64,000 nt of DNA. Origin: Eledone cirrhosa. Taxonomy: Eukaryota. Below, one piece after another: positions 24,512 to 42,291 of this stretch. How positions within the stretch are numbered: position 1 is the stretch's first letter; each line of letters starts with the position of its first letter. The notes beneath the pieces were generated by a model. The model was not told the DNA's origin. It did not search any database and was given only the letters and a program-made list of their open reading frames with translations. The position numbers and the translations under genes were made by a program. Location of the stretch: contig OZ024742.1 of NCBI GenBank assembly GCA_964016885.1, forward strand, positions 354,268,001 to 354,332,000. The letters run 5' to 3'.

Positions 24512-25941
24512 TATATTTAGTTTGATTTATATTTATATGGGAAACTAGCCGATAAATTTTTGATTCCTAAATTTTTGATTCCTTCTTTTTGTTCTTTTTC
24601 TATTGTTTATTTTTATTTTATTTTTATTTAAACATTCCTCATGAAAAATTAAGCTACCCTAAAAGCTGATGCTCCAAATATTTTGAATAAACCTTACACT
24701 AGATAAACTTCTATATTAAATATAAGAACATATGTAGACCAAATTGGACGTCATAAACTTTTTGAAATGATCTTTCCTAGATGTGATTTGATAGATAATT
24801 TTTGGCTTTGTCTTGTAATGAACTTGGCAATATATTGTCAATTAACTTTGAAGGGTTGATCTTTGTGGTTTATTTTTATTTTTATTTTTTATTATTGTAG
24901 TATTTTATAATATATTTTATAATATTTTTTATTTTTTATTTTCATTTTTAATATCTTTAATATGTAAATTTTTAATACGTAATATTTTTTAATACGTAAT
25001 ATTTTTAATATGTAATATTTTTATTATGTAATATTCTTTCGTAATATTTTTTTAGTTTTCTATTTTATTATTACTTATTTTTACTTATTATTATTATTGT
25101 TATCTTTTTATTTTTTTAGTTTTGTTTCTGATATATATTTTTATTAGTATATTGAAATCTGCTCTCTATTTCTGCTTGATAGATAATCTTGTAGAGTAAA
25201 GACAGGAATAATAATACACATATATGTATGCTCAAATTTTTATACCACATTGAGAATGTTTTCCGTGAACTTAGAGTTTGCAGAGTGAATCATGTGGATT
25301 CGCATGGATGTTTGTAGCTGTCACATAAACATATGAATTTTTTTAAAAAACTAAACATAAGATAATTAATTTTCACACACTATGGATACTTGTCTCATTC
25401 AGGAATACTGATATTTACAATACAGTGTAAGTTTTATAAATACTAATACATTAAAACATAGGGTTTTTACGCCTCGAATATATCTGGCTATTTTTAAATT
25501 TTTTTTCTCTCGCTATTTTTTCTCTCTATATATTTTTTTTCTCTATATATATCTCCCTTACATTAATACTTGAGCTAAATAAATAAATAAATGTATCATT
25601 GATACATTTACTCAAAATGACCTCCCACTACCTAATGTTCTATATATATATATGTATCTATCTCTATTTCCTCTCTCTCTATATATATACATATCTTTCT
25701 GTTTCTTTACATGAAGTTCTTCGCTTTATCTATCTTTCCATCTCTCTATTTTGTTCCATGCATTTCTTCTTTTTCTTCCTTTTCTTCGTTTTCTGTCTTT
25801 CTTTCTTTTTTCCCTCTTTTTTTTTCTCTCTTTCTTTCTCTCTGTGTACAATTTTTTCACTGCCAGCTTAAACCTCTTCAAATGGAAGTCGGTGTTATAA
25901 CGGTATGTCGAATCTATTTATCTATAAAACTGTTTATATTG

Positions 25942-26007
25942 TATTTTGTCTGAGGAAGGCATAGCATATTGTTAATATGATATCCCCGAAATATATATAA
26001 TGAAATA
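25942..26007 (+). ncRNA. pLTR type I hammerhead ribozyme, 3' copy
   Basis: Identical to 22052-22117. Confidence 0.75.
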
Positions 26008-26267
26008 AATATGGTTTTATAAATATAGTTTCCATTTATTTAATATTGTAAATATACTCCAAATATTTGTCGAGTGCTTTTATATCAGTTATAAATATTT
26101 ACTAGTTGTAACCCAACAATTTTAAATATAACTTTCCATATATATATAGATATATATTTATATATATATATACATATATATATATTTATAAAGATATATA
26201 TATATAGAGAGAGAGATAGAGAGATATATATACACATATATATATTTATATATATATATATATAAAC

Positions 26268-26299
<32 letters not shown>

Positions 26300-26418
26300 G
26301 TTTATATATATCTTTATATATATGTTTATATATATATATATATATATATATGTTTATATATATATATATAAACATATATATATATATATATATAAACATA
26401 TATATAAATATATATATA

Positions 26419-26488
<70 letters not shown>

Positions 26489-26490
26489 TG

Positions 26491-26526
<36 letters not shown>

Positions 26527-26552
26527 AATATTATATATATATATATATATAT

Positions 26553-27770
26553 AAACAGAAAAAATGAAACGAAAATTCATTTCCCACTCTTAGTACGGCT
26601 GTTAGTTAAATACGAGTATGTACACGTACATACATATATGCATACAGACGTACAGTAGTATGTATCTATATATGTACGTATGGATTCACCGAACATTTAT
26701 TATAATGCTCGGTGTGTTTGTAAACAAACATCCCGTATTAAGCCGTAGTGTCTAGCAACCATCGGTGCTCGTTTGTTCAACACTGACAAGGAACGCTGTA
26801 CTAGTTTCAAGCTTATTATCTATTGTCAGCAACGCATACCTTCCTTCCAGATTGTTGAACGTATATACTTACCTTATGTATATTAACATCTGAGTAGCCT
26901 AATTTGCATATCGAGTGGGTTAATCGGCCGGGTGCACCGAAAACGATAAACGGAAAAAATTAAACGCAATTTCATTTCCCACTCTTAGTGCGGCTGTTAC
27001 TTAAATACAAGTATGTACACGTACATACATATATGCATACAGATGTACAGTAGTATGCATATATATATATATACATACATGCACACACATATATATATAT
27101 GTACGTATGGATTCACCGAACATGTATTATAATGCTCGGTGTGTTTGTAAACAAACATCCCGTATTAAGCCGTAGTGACTAGCAACCATCGTAGCTCCTT
27201 TGTTCAACAGTGACAAAGGAACGCTGTACTAGTTTCAAGCTTATTAGCTATCGTTAGCAACGCATACCTTCTTGCCAGATTGTTGAACGGATATACTTAC
27301 CTTATGCATATTAACGGCTGAGTAGCCCAATTTGCATATCGATTGGGTTAATCGGCCGGCTGCACCGAAAACGATAAACGGAAACAAATGAAACGAAATT
27401 TCATTTGCCACTCTTAGTACGGCTGTTACTTAAATGCAAGTATGTACACGTACATACATATATGTATACAGACGTACAGTAGTATGTATATATATATATA
27501 AATACATGCACACATATATATATATGTACGTATGGATTCACCGAACATATATTATAATGCTCGGTGTGTTTGTAAATAAACATCCCGTATTAAGCCGTAG
27601 TGTCTAGCAACGATCGTTGCTCGTTTGTTCAAAACTGACAAAGGAACGATGTACTAGTTTCAAGCTTATTATCTATCGTCAGCAACGCATACCTTCCTGC
27701 CAGATTGTTGAACGTATATATTTACCCTATGCATATTAACGGCTGAGTAGCCCAATTTGCATATCGAGTG

Positions 27771-27772
<2 letters not shown>
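26553..27772 (-). mobile_element. Tandem array of ~3 x 395-430-bp non-coding units with a minus-strand hammerhead in each (26793-26835, 27221-27263, 27646-27688)
   Basis: ttcattt(c/g)ccactcttag at 26576, 26971 and 27400. Consensus GCGUUG-CUGACGA-uAGCU(aaua)AGCUu-GAAA-CUAG-UA-CAGCGU. Flanked by (TA)n. Confidence 0.8.
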
Positions 27773-27829
<57 letters not shown>

Positions 27830-27877
27830 TTTCAGCCCCATGGATTTTATCTATTACATTAATGTATTATATTTCGA

Positions 27878-27935
27878 ATACGTGATGATATCACCGGATT
27901 CATACGGAACCCGGTCATTGAAATGATCATAGTAT
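27878..27935 (+). ncRNA. Decayed type I hammerhead (C3 changed to G), family G
   Basis: AUAC-gUGAUGA-..ACCGGAUUC/GAACCCGGU..-GAAA-UGAUCA-UA-GUAU. A copy with an intact core is at 56238-56295 (-). Confidence 0.6.
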
Positions 27936-27985
27936 AATAAACCTTTCAAGGATTTACACAAATCCACCATCCTTTCATTTCAATA

Positions 27986-28980
<995 letters not shown>

Positions 28981-29423
28981 TGCGTGTATGTGCATGTAAG
29001 CTCAGTAATTTTATTTAATGTTACAGAGAAAATTTTAAATACTTCGATAAAAAAAGAAATATATTTACACAAAACGAAAATGTAATAAGAAATTAGAAGA
29101 GAAACTTCCCCCGGCGTTCTGCTTGTAAAGCAAGCCTCTGGTGATCTGTATCAAATACTGTATTGAAATCATTCTTATGCAAAAAATCGTTTTGTGCATT
29201 TTTTCTATATGTTCGTAGCCATTGCTATATGTATATACCTATCTATTCATCCATCTACCTGTCTATATATCGATCTTTATATATATAGAAGGGTGAAAGA
29301 AGCGATTCTTTGCTTACACTTTAATCTGTTATTTTAATAAATATTTGCTCTACGGTTCTTATATATTTGATATATATGTATCCTTATCCCTCTTTGGATT
29401 TTAGTCTTCAAATTTATTATTAT

Positions 29424-29483
<60 letters not shown>

Positions 29484-29882
29484 CACGTGCGCGCTTGCGA
29501 ATGTTTTTTGCGCAGGCGTAGAGAGAGGGTGAGAGTGAAAGAAAGAGACAGACTACGAGAGTGGGATAGCGGGAGGGAGAGAGGAAGAGAGAGAGAGTGA
29601 ATAGACGCTAAAAGACGTGTGCGCGTGCGAATGTTTTGATGTTATTCCAAATTGAAGGATAAGTGTTTCAAACTTTATTTTATCATGAGTTAAAGGTCTA
29701 TAGATTTTCCCTGGATTTTACAAAATTCTGTGGATGAATTTATATCCTGATTCTCTTTTGGGATGAGTTTGATTTATTTTTCCTAAATCTTTCGTTAACT
29801 ACTTTTCCCATCTTGACGTTATAGTCGCATATATGTTATAGAATGCCGTTAGCTTCTTGCTAAAACAATCTCTATACCTCTC

Positions 29883-29927
<45 letters not shown>

Positions 29928-29996
29928 TGTATATGTATATATATATACAGAGTGAGTGAGGGCGAGAGAGAGAGGGGCAGAGGCAGGAATTGAGAG

Positions 29997-30033
<37 letters not shown>

Positions 30034-30386
30034 TCGATATGAAGACAGGTAGACAGATAAATAGATAGACAGCCAGATATACATACATATTGATATGAGG
30101 CAGATAAAGAGATTGCTCCCTTTACGTTTGCCGTTATAGTGAAAATAGTAAAAAAAATAATTTCAAGAATAGAAATAACTTTAGATTCATCAGTTGTGAC
30201 AATTGTTAAAACGTTTCTGTCTTTAGGCGTTTTAACTCTGTACATATGTATATATAATTACACACATGGAAACAATGAATACAAATGAAAATAACGAGTA
30301 AAACGTTGTCGAAAAACAACAAACTTATTAGTTTTAAATATATTTTCTCATTGATTTTCGAAATACAAATGAATGTTTTTTTGTTA

Positions 30387-30800
30387 TCTCCTTATAATAT
30401 ATAACCACCAATTTCTCTGTCTGTCTGTCCGACGGTGGAAACACGTGCGCGCTTGCGAATGTTTTTTGCGCAGGCGTAGAGAGAGGGTGAGAGTGAAAGA
30501 AAGAGACAGACTACGAGAGGGGGATTGCGGGAGGGAGAGAGGGAGAGAGAGAGAGTGAATAGACGCTAAAAGACGTGTGCGCGTGCGAATGTTTTTTTGC
30601 GCGGGCGTAGAGAGAGAGAGTGAGAGTGAAAGAAAGAGAAAAACTAAAAGAGGGCGATAGCGGGAGGGAGAGAGGGGGGAATTGAGGAGTGCTACAGAAA
30701 CATATATACATCTATGTGTGTGTGTGTAATATATATATATATACACACACGGGATATATATATATACACACAGAAATATATATACATTTCTGTGTGTGTA

Positions 30801-30883
<83 letters not shown>

Positions 30884-31230
30884 GAAATATATATATATTT
30901 CCGTGTGTGTATATACATATATATATTACACACACAGAAAAGTATATATATTTCTGTGTGTATATATATATACACACTTTGATTACCTGTACAGGCAATA
31001 TATATATTTGAATGGTGTATACATTTTTAGGGACCCCGGTATATATATATAGTGTCCCCGAAAAATGTATACACACTTTGATTACCTGTACAGGCAATAT
31101 ATATATTATAATTGTTTATACATTTTTAGGGACACCGGTATATATATATATGGTGTACCGGAAAAATGTATACACACTTTGATTACCTGTACTTGACTAC
31201 TCGTGACCCAACGGGTAACGAGTAGTCTAG
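30387..31230 (+). mobile_element. Non-autonomous Helitron
   Basis: A|TC start with tataatatataa...ctgtctgtctgtc; 3' hairpin ctactcgtgaccc-aac-gggtaacgagtag followed by CTAG; internal ~110-bp minisatellite. A fragment of the same family lies at 29482-29637. Confidence 0.7.
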
Positions 31231-31810
31231 TCTATATATATATAACTGAGGATGCCTGTCTGTGTGTGTGTGTGTGAGTTTGAATCCCTAAAACTAGAGA
31301 AGCAGCTAACCGACTGTTTTCAAACACATGTAATACTTATGTTTCATGGAGTGTTCTGAGGAGAATACATTTCAAATGTGCATTGACGTAGGGAGCGCAT
31401 TAGGCGATTTAGCGATTAATCTCTATAATTCTTAGTCTTTCTCTTTTTAGATAGATACATACATATAACGTCGCACCCTTATACTATATGCCTATATGTC
31501 TATCTGCCTGCATTACGTCACTTCCTACAATTCGCTCTGCGTCCAAAACATGCCCTTATATTATCTGTCTGTATGCCTAGCTGTCTGCTACCTCCGGTTA
31601 TTATGCCACACTTGCTCAAGAGAAATCTCACACTTATTCCACAAACAGTTAGTAAGTGCACACATCTTCTTTCTCACGTCTTAAGCCACAGTGTTGCTTA
31701 CTAATGTACGAACAGACACTTACTACTTTGCCAGCCGTGGTTATGGGAATACTAAGCTTAGCTAAGGCGGTTATATATTTCACAATACCTTATCCCGTGC
31801 AACGCCGTAT
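31231..31810 (+). mobile_element. Second non-autonomous Helitron, 3' end eroded by (TA)n
   Basis: Starts TCTATATATATATAA...gtctgtgtgtg; ends with the subterminal cccgtgcaacgccg typical of invertebrate Helitron 3' hairpins. Confidence 0.62.
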
Positions 31811-31833
31811 AATATATATATATATATATATAT

Positions 31834-31908
<75 letters not shown>

Positions 31909-31981
31909 ATATATATATATAATATATATATAAATATATATATCATATATATATATATATATACTGTATATATATATATAT

Positions 31982-34549
<2,568 letters not shown>

Positions 34550-34550
<1 letters not shown>

Positions 34551-35292
34551 AACTGTAAAACTAGAAATGTAGTGTATAGCATAAGATGTACCGAAGGACA
34601 ATGTAGAGACAAAAATAAAGTGTACATAGGTGAGACAGCTCGTAGTGTAGGGGAACGGATAAATGAACACTGGCGAGACCTTCATGATAGTAAAGAATCA
34701 TCTGTACTCTACCAACATGCTAAAATAGAACACAAGGGTAAATTAGAGAACATAGAACTAAAAATAGAATCTACACACAGAAAAGACGCACTGTTTAGAC
34801 AATTCACAGAGGCTATAAACATAAAAGAATTACAACCAAAATGAAATAGAAAATATGAGTGGAACAGCAACATCACAACTTACAATTAAGGACAAAATGA
34901 AAACACACACTCACATAGAACAAACAACCAACCAGTAACATATAAATAAACAAATAAATAAATGAACATAAATACACACAGACACCCGGATGTGGCGCAT
35001 GCGCAAACTAAGCACACAACACACACACAGAAACAAAATGGCGTAGGACCCAACAAAGGAGAGGCACAAAAACAAAGAAAAGAATCCCCAGTCACTAAAG
35101 AGGTCACAGAATGTGTGACGAAAGAACTTTGACAATATATAAACAATTATCTGGCTGTGGAACCAACCAACCAACCAACCAGAAATTTATAGATTTATTT
35201 CTAAATTTATAAATTTATTATAATAAATTGAAGTGAAAGTAACTGGTGCGTGTGTTTCTTATTGGCAACATGACCCTCCCAAAGTATAACAA
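34550..35292 (+). mobile_element. 5'-truncated PLE (family H): GIY-YIG domain plus pLTR with a decayed hammerhead at 35091-35133
   Basis: NCKTRNVVYSIRC..QC....VYIGET.R....RINEH...LYQH...EH...EAINI. Hammerhead core mutated to CUAAAGA. Confidence 0.8.
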
Positions 35293-35454
35293 TATATATA
35301 TAATATATATATATATTATATATAAATATATATATATATTATGTATAAATATATAATATATATATATAATATATATATATATATATTATATATATTACTT
35401 GTACAGGTATATATAATATGTATTACCTGTACAGGTAATCAAAGTGTGTATATA

Positions 35455-36306
35455 TACATTCATTTAATTTATTAATTTATTGATATTTTAATTGAGTGAC
35501 CCGAATCTTTCTGGTCGTTCTTTTTCGGCTGCACGGGTGATTTTAGGCATGATCTCTGTGTGTTGGTATTTTAACGATAGTTATAGCTCTGGTTTTTCCA
35601 AATTATTGAGCTCTCTGCCACACGGGTCGGATATTGTTTATCGCGATTTCGTGGGCCGATATTCCGATTCTCGATCATTCTACTGTATTTAGCTCCAGTC
35701 TTTAGTTATTGACCAGTTTTATTGATTTTTTTGTTGATCTTATTGACTGATGAATAGCTCTTGTTTATTTTAACACGTCTGTTGAGCACTCTGATTCGAT
35801 ATGTGATCTTTTGTATTTTTACATAAATTACACATCACCGAATTCTTTCGCTAATATAGGGGTTCCCTTCCTTGCTGAATACCATGTGCGTTTTTGGCTG
35901 TGTGTCCCTCCGTATTTTTGAACAGAAACTCGTTGAAGAAGCTCTTCCTCGTTCGTCTCTTCACTAGAAGTCATATATATTTTTTATGTGGGCTGATAGT
36001 GATTTGATTAAGGAAATTGCAGAGACCCAAAAAGATAGAATTTAACATCCTTCTAGCGGGTCCGGGTGACTTTTTTACATTCATTTAATGTATTAATTTA
36101 TTGATATTTTATTTGAGTGACCCGAATCTTCCTGGTCGTTCTTTTTCGGCTGCACGGGTGATTTTAGACATGATCTCTGTGTGTTGGTATTTTAACGATA
36201 GTTATAGCTCTGGTTTATCCAAATTATTGAGCCCTCTGCCACACATGTCGGATATTGTTTATCGTGATTTCGTGGGCCGATATTCCGATTCTCGATCATT
36301 CTACTG

Positions 36307-36308
<2 letters not shown>
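35455..36308 (+). repeat. Partial tandem duplication (~620-bp period), probably PLE pLTR-like
   Basis: 35455-35688 is repeated at 36075-36308; contains the gttgagcact motif; lies in (TA)n. Confidence 0.7.
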
Positions 36309-36337
<29 letters not shown>

Positions 36338-36367
36338 ATATATATATATAAAATACATATGTATATA

Positions 36368-36431
<64 letters not shown>

Positions 36432-36498
36432 TATATATAATATATATATATATATATAATATATATATATATATAATATATATATATTAAATATTTAT

Positions 36499-36559
<61 letters not shown>

Positions 36560-36609
36560 TATATATAATATATATATATATATAATATATATATACATAT
36601 AATATTTAT

Positions 36610-36643
<34 letters not shown>

Positions 36644-36669
36644 ATATATATATATATAATATATATATA

Positions 36670-36715
<46 letters not shown>

Positions 36716-36829
36716 TATATTATATATATATATATATATATAATAATATTTATATAGTAATATATATATATAATAATATATATATATAATAATATATATA
36801 TATAATAATATATATATATATATAATAAT

Positions 36830-38087
36830 ATACTATATTATATTTTGAGATTAAACTCTCAGTCGTTTACAATTAAGCAGCTCCAAGAAAGAGGCATTTC
36901 CGAGCAGTTAAATACATGTTATACGTTAATATATATGATAAACACAACACGTGTTTGCATTGTAACAGACAAAGTTAGTTATCAATGAAATAAACTAATT
37001 AAAGTGAATACAATTTGTCTGTCTCGATATAAGTCAATAAAGATAAGCTTATATTGGCAAAAGCCGTGATTCCTGGACACATCTAAATTTCAAAATCCAA
37101 ACCCGCTCCGTAGATGAATTTGAACTTCGAAACATAAATATGTTTCGCAACGATGGTACATGAATTGCAAAATAAAGAGAATCGAAATGGAATTGAAATA
37201 AAAAGTGAAATATCCAAATCTGTGCTTATCAACAGGAATCCAGTAAAATTAGTACATTCCACCATCAAAAAATGTGCAGGTCTGACTACACGTGTGTGTA
37301 GCCAGCCAAACTAGCCTTCCCGCATTCCCGGTGTTAGAAATAACAGCCGTTTATACGGGATTAATGATCAGCTCTACAGTTAAGGAGCAATATACTATAT
37401 TATATTTTGAGATTAAACTCTCAGTCGTTCACAATTAATCAGCTCTAAGAAAGAGGCATTTCCGAGCAGTTAAATACATGTTATACATTAATATATATGA
37501 CAAACACAAAACGTGTTTGCATTGTAACAGACAAAGTTAGTTATCAATGAAATAAACTAATTAAAGTGAATACAATTTGTCTGTCTCGATATAAGTCAAT
37601 AAAGACAAGCTTATATTGGCAAAAGCCGTGACTCCTGGACAAATCTTAATTTCAAAATCCAAACCCGCTCCGTAGTTGAATTTGAACTTCGAAACCTAAA
37701 TATGTTTCGCAACGTGTTACACACACGTGTAGTCAGACCTGCAAATTTTTGATGGTGGAATGTACTAATTTTACTGGATTCCTGTTGATAAGCACAGAAG
37801 TTTTGGGTATTTCACTTTTTATTTCAATTCCATTTCGATTCTCTTTATTTTTCAATTCAGGTAACATCGTTGCGAAACATATTTAGGTTTCGAAGTTCAA
37901 ATTCATCTACGGAGCGGGTTTGGATTTTGAAATTTAGATTTGTCCAGGAATCACGGCTTTTGCCAATATAAGCTTGTCTTTATTGACTTATATCTAGACA
38001 GACAGGTTATTTCATTGATAGCTAACTTTGTCTGTTACAATGCAAACACGTTTTGTGTTTATCATATATATTAATGTAGGACATGTA
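36830..38087. repeat. ~562-bp tandem unit (1.6 copies) followed by an inverted copy
   Basis: 36831.. is repeated at 37393..; 37718-38087 is the reverse complement of ~36915-37300; flanked by (TA)n. Confidence 0.85.
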
Positions 38088-39943
<1,856 letters not shown>

Positions 39944-40161
39944 TAAGTTTAAAATGTACATCCATATATGTATACTGAAATACTAGCTTGCATATGAATA
40001 CACACACGTATACATATGTAGATGTACCAAGTCTGTCACTGGTTACTTTACTGTGAGTATCCAGCTATTCTGTATGTAAACACACAGACAAACCGGTATT
40101 TAGAGTCATACTGGTTTTTGAGGAAACACCTTTCCTCTATTCTCCAGAAAGCCAGACAAGG

Positions 40162-40206
40162 AATATTGAACTAGTTTCGTTGTTGTTACAACTCATCAGC
40201 AATATT
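40162..40206 (-). ncRNA. Canonical minimal type I hammerhead ribozyme
   Basis: AAUAUUG-CUGAUGA-GUUGU(AACA)ACAAC-GAAA-CUAG-UU-CAAUAUU; stems I and II are fully Watson-Crick. Confidence 0.88.
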
Positions 40207-40797
40207 TACCTATCTACCGGCCGTTTCGTTATTTGTTTTTATCGTCTACGTCATTAATAGGAGCGGTGAAAAACAATTACGCGCAAAGACAGAACCACGT
40301 TTATGGTATAACAGAGGTCGTAGACTAATGTTCTCTTAGGTGGTGCATAGAGACGTTCTCTGGCAATGAACGAAAAAACGAAGATAATAAGTCATATGTG
40401 GAGCGTGGAGAACAATAGCACGCAAAGACAAAACCACATAAATGGTATAGCAGAAGTCGTAGACTAAAATTCTAATTAGGAGACCAAATGAATCTCCGCT
40501 ACAGAGTTAAGAACAAAGTAAATAAATACAAGACAGAAGTAATAGAAACAAATAAATACATACACGCAAACAGATACGTACATACACAAGCATTCGCAAA
40601 ACCTTACCATAGGTATACAAAACCACGCAAATATAAACGTGTGTGTGTGTATGCTTGTTTACAAATAAATAAATAATTATTTGCTTAAACTTTAATCTGT
40701 TATTTTAATAAATATTTGCTCTACGGTTTTTATATATTTGATATATATTTTCCTTATCGAGCCCTCTTTGGATTTTAGTCTTCAATTTTATTATTAT

Positions 40798-40844
<47 letters not shown>

Positions 40845-40846
<2 letters not shown>

Positions 40847-41500
40847 AATGTTCAAATTAAAATTGTTGGGATACAACAAGTAAATATTTTTATAACTTAT
40901 TATATAAAGCACTCGACAAATATTTGGAGTAGATATACGATATTAATAAATGGAAACTATATTTATAAAACCATATTTATTTCGAATACATATTTCAGGG
41001 ATACCAAATTAAATCATAGTATGCCTTCATCAGACAAAATACAATATATAAAAGATTTACAAATAAGCTTTGACGTACCCTTTTAAAATGCAACCATTAT
41101 TTTTGGAAGCCATCTGGATAGTGAATTGTTTATATTATTTTAATAAGTCTTAGTGTTAAGGACAATTAGAAAAAGACGGAGAGAAAGAAAAAAGACGGAG
41201 AGAGAAAAAAACAAAAAAAAACGTGGAAAAATATCGGAGAGAGAGAAATGCATGGAGAAAAAAAGAGAGAGATAAATAAAGACAGGAGGAAAGAAAGAAA
41301 AAAAAAAAAAGAAAAAAGGAAAAAATAAGAAAAACAGAGGAAAGCAACAGAGAGATATCAAGTTATCAGACAGATAGAACAACTCAAGAGAGAGTAATAA
41401 TATATAGAGAGAGGGGGAGATAATGAAAACTTCACGTCATGTCATATTAAGTTGAGTTAACAATTTATATGAAATGAATAATAAAAATATAAATATTAAT
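40845..41500 (-). mobile_element. Diverged solo pLTR of the 20678-26139 family, with hammerhead at ~40978-41042
   Basis: Reverse complement resembles ~21650-22245; core CUGAUGA..GAAA present. Confidence 0.72.
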
Positions 41501-42291
41501 ATTCATGTATGGGACATAAATATATAATATGAGAAATTAAACAGTGTTTAATAATGATTATATGTTTAGTTTAAAACTTGAGATCAATATACTAAAATTT
41601 GAGAAAACACTACTTACAGCAAAGATAGACAAATATATATATATATATATATACACACGTCCTGAGAATAGAAATTATGTCTACTCAGGTCTACGATATA
41701 GACATACAAAACGCAAAGGATTTGTCTTAATTACTGCTATACATTTATTGTGTTATAAAAAGTTCACAGTATATATACATAAATATATACGATTAACATT
41801 CATGCCTTCATATATACGATTACCATTCATGCATTTAACATTTTGTTAAAATTATGCATAACTGCAATAAAAACTGCGTGGGTAGGCATGCACACACATA
41901 ATTCTCACCCACACACAAACATATACATATATATATATACACATACATATGTATAAATAAATATTTGCGTGCATCTTCACCAATTGTTAGACCCGCATCG
42001 CTCATGTACACATACAGACAGATATACAATCATAAAAAAACCTATAACACTTCTATATGCATGTTAATACACACATACACATCTGTATAGAGATAATCAA
42101 ATATCAATATATTACTAAATGATTATACTTTGGAAATATAATTATAACAATATAAATTTAAAATACCAAAGGATTATATTTTGGAAATACAATTATATCA
42201 GTATAGTCTAAAGGACAAACGAATTCTAGAGATATGAAAACATTAAATATCTTTAAAAACACTATAGAGTACCTTAAGTTAAATAATGTTT

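Larger units (their letters stand above)
20678..26139 (+). mobile_element. Near-complete Penelope-like element (Hydra-type): inverted 5' piece, 1.33-kb pLTR, ORF, 3' UTR/pLTR
   Basis: Direct repeats 20914-22249 and 24813-26139 are nearly identical; 20678-20915 is the reverse complement of ~24647-24884; 3' end runs into (TA)n. Confidence 0.92.

Noticed and set aside
20914-26139. LTR retrotransposon interpretation of the long direct repeats
   Set aside because: No gag, protease or integrase, and no TG...CA ends or PBS; the RT plus GIY-YIG is Penelope-type.
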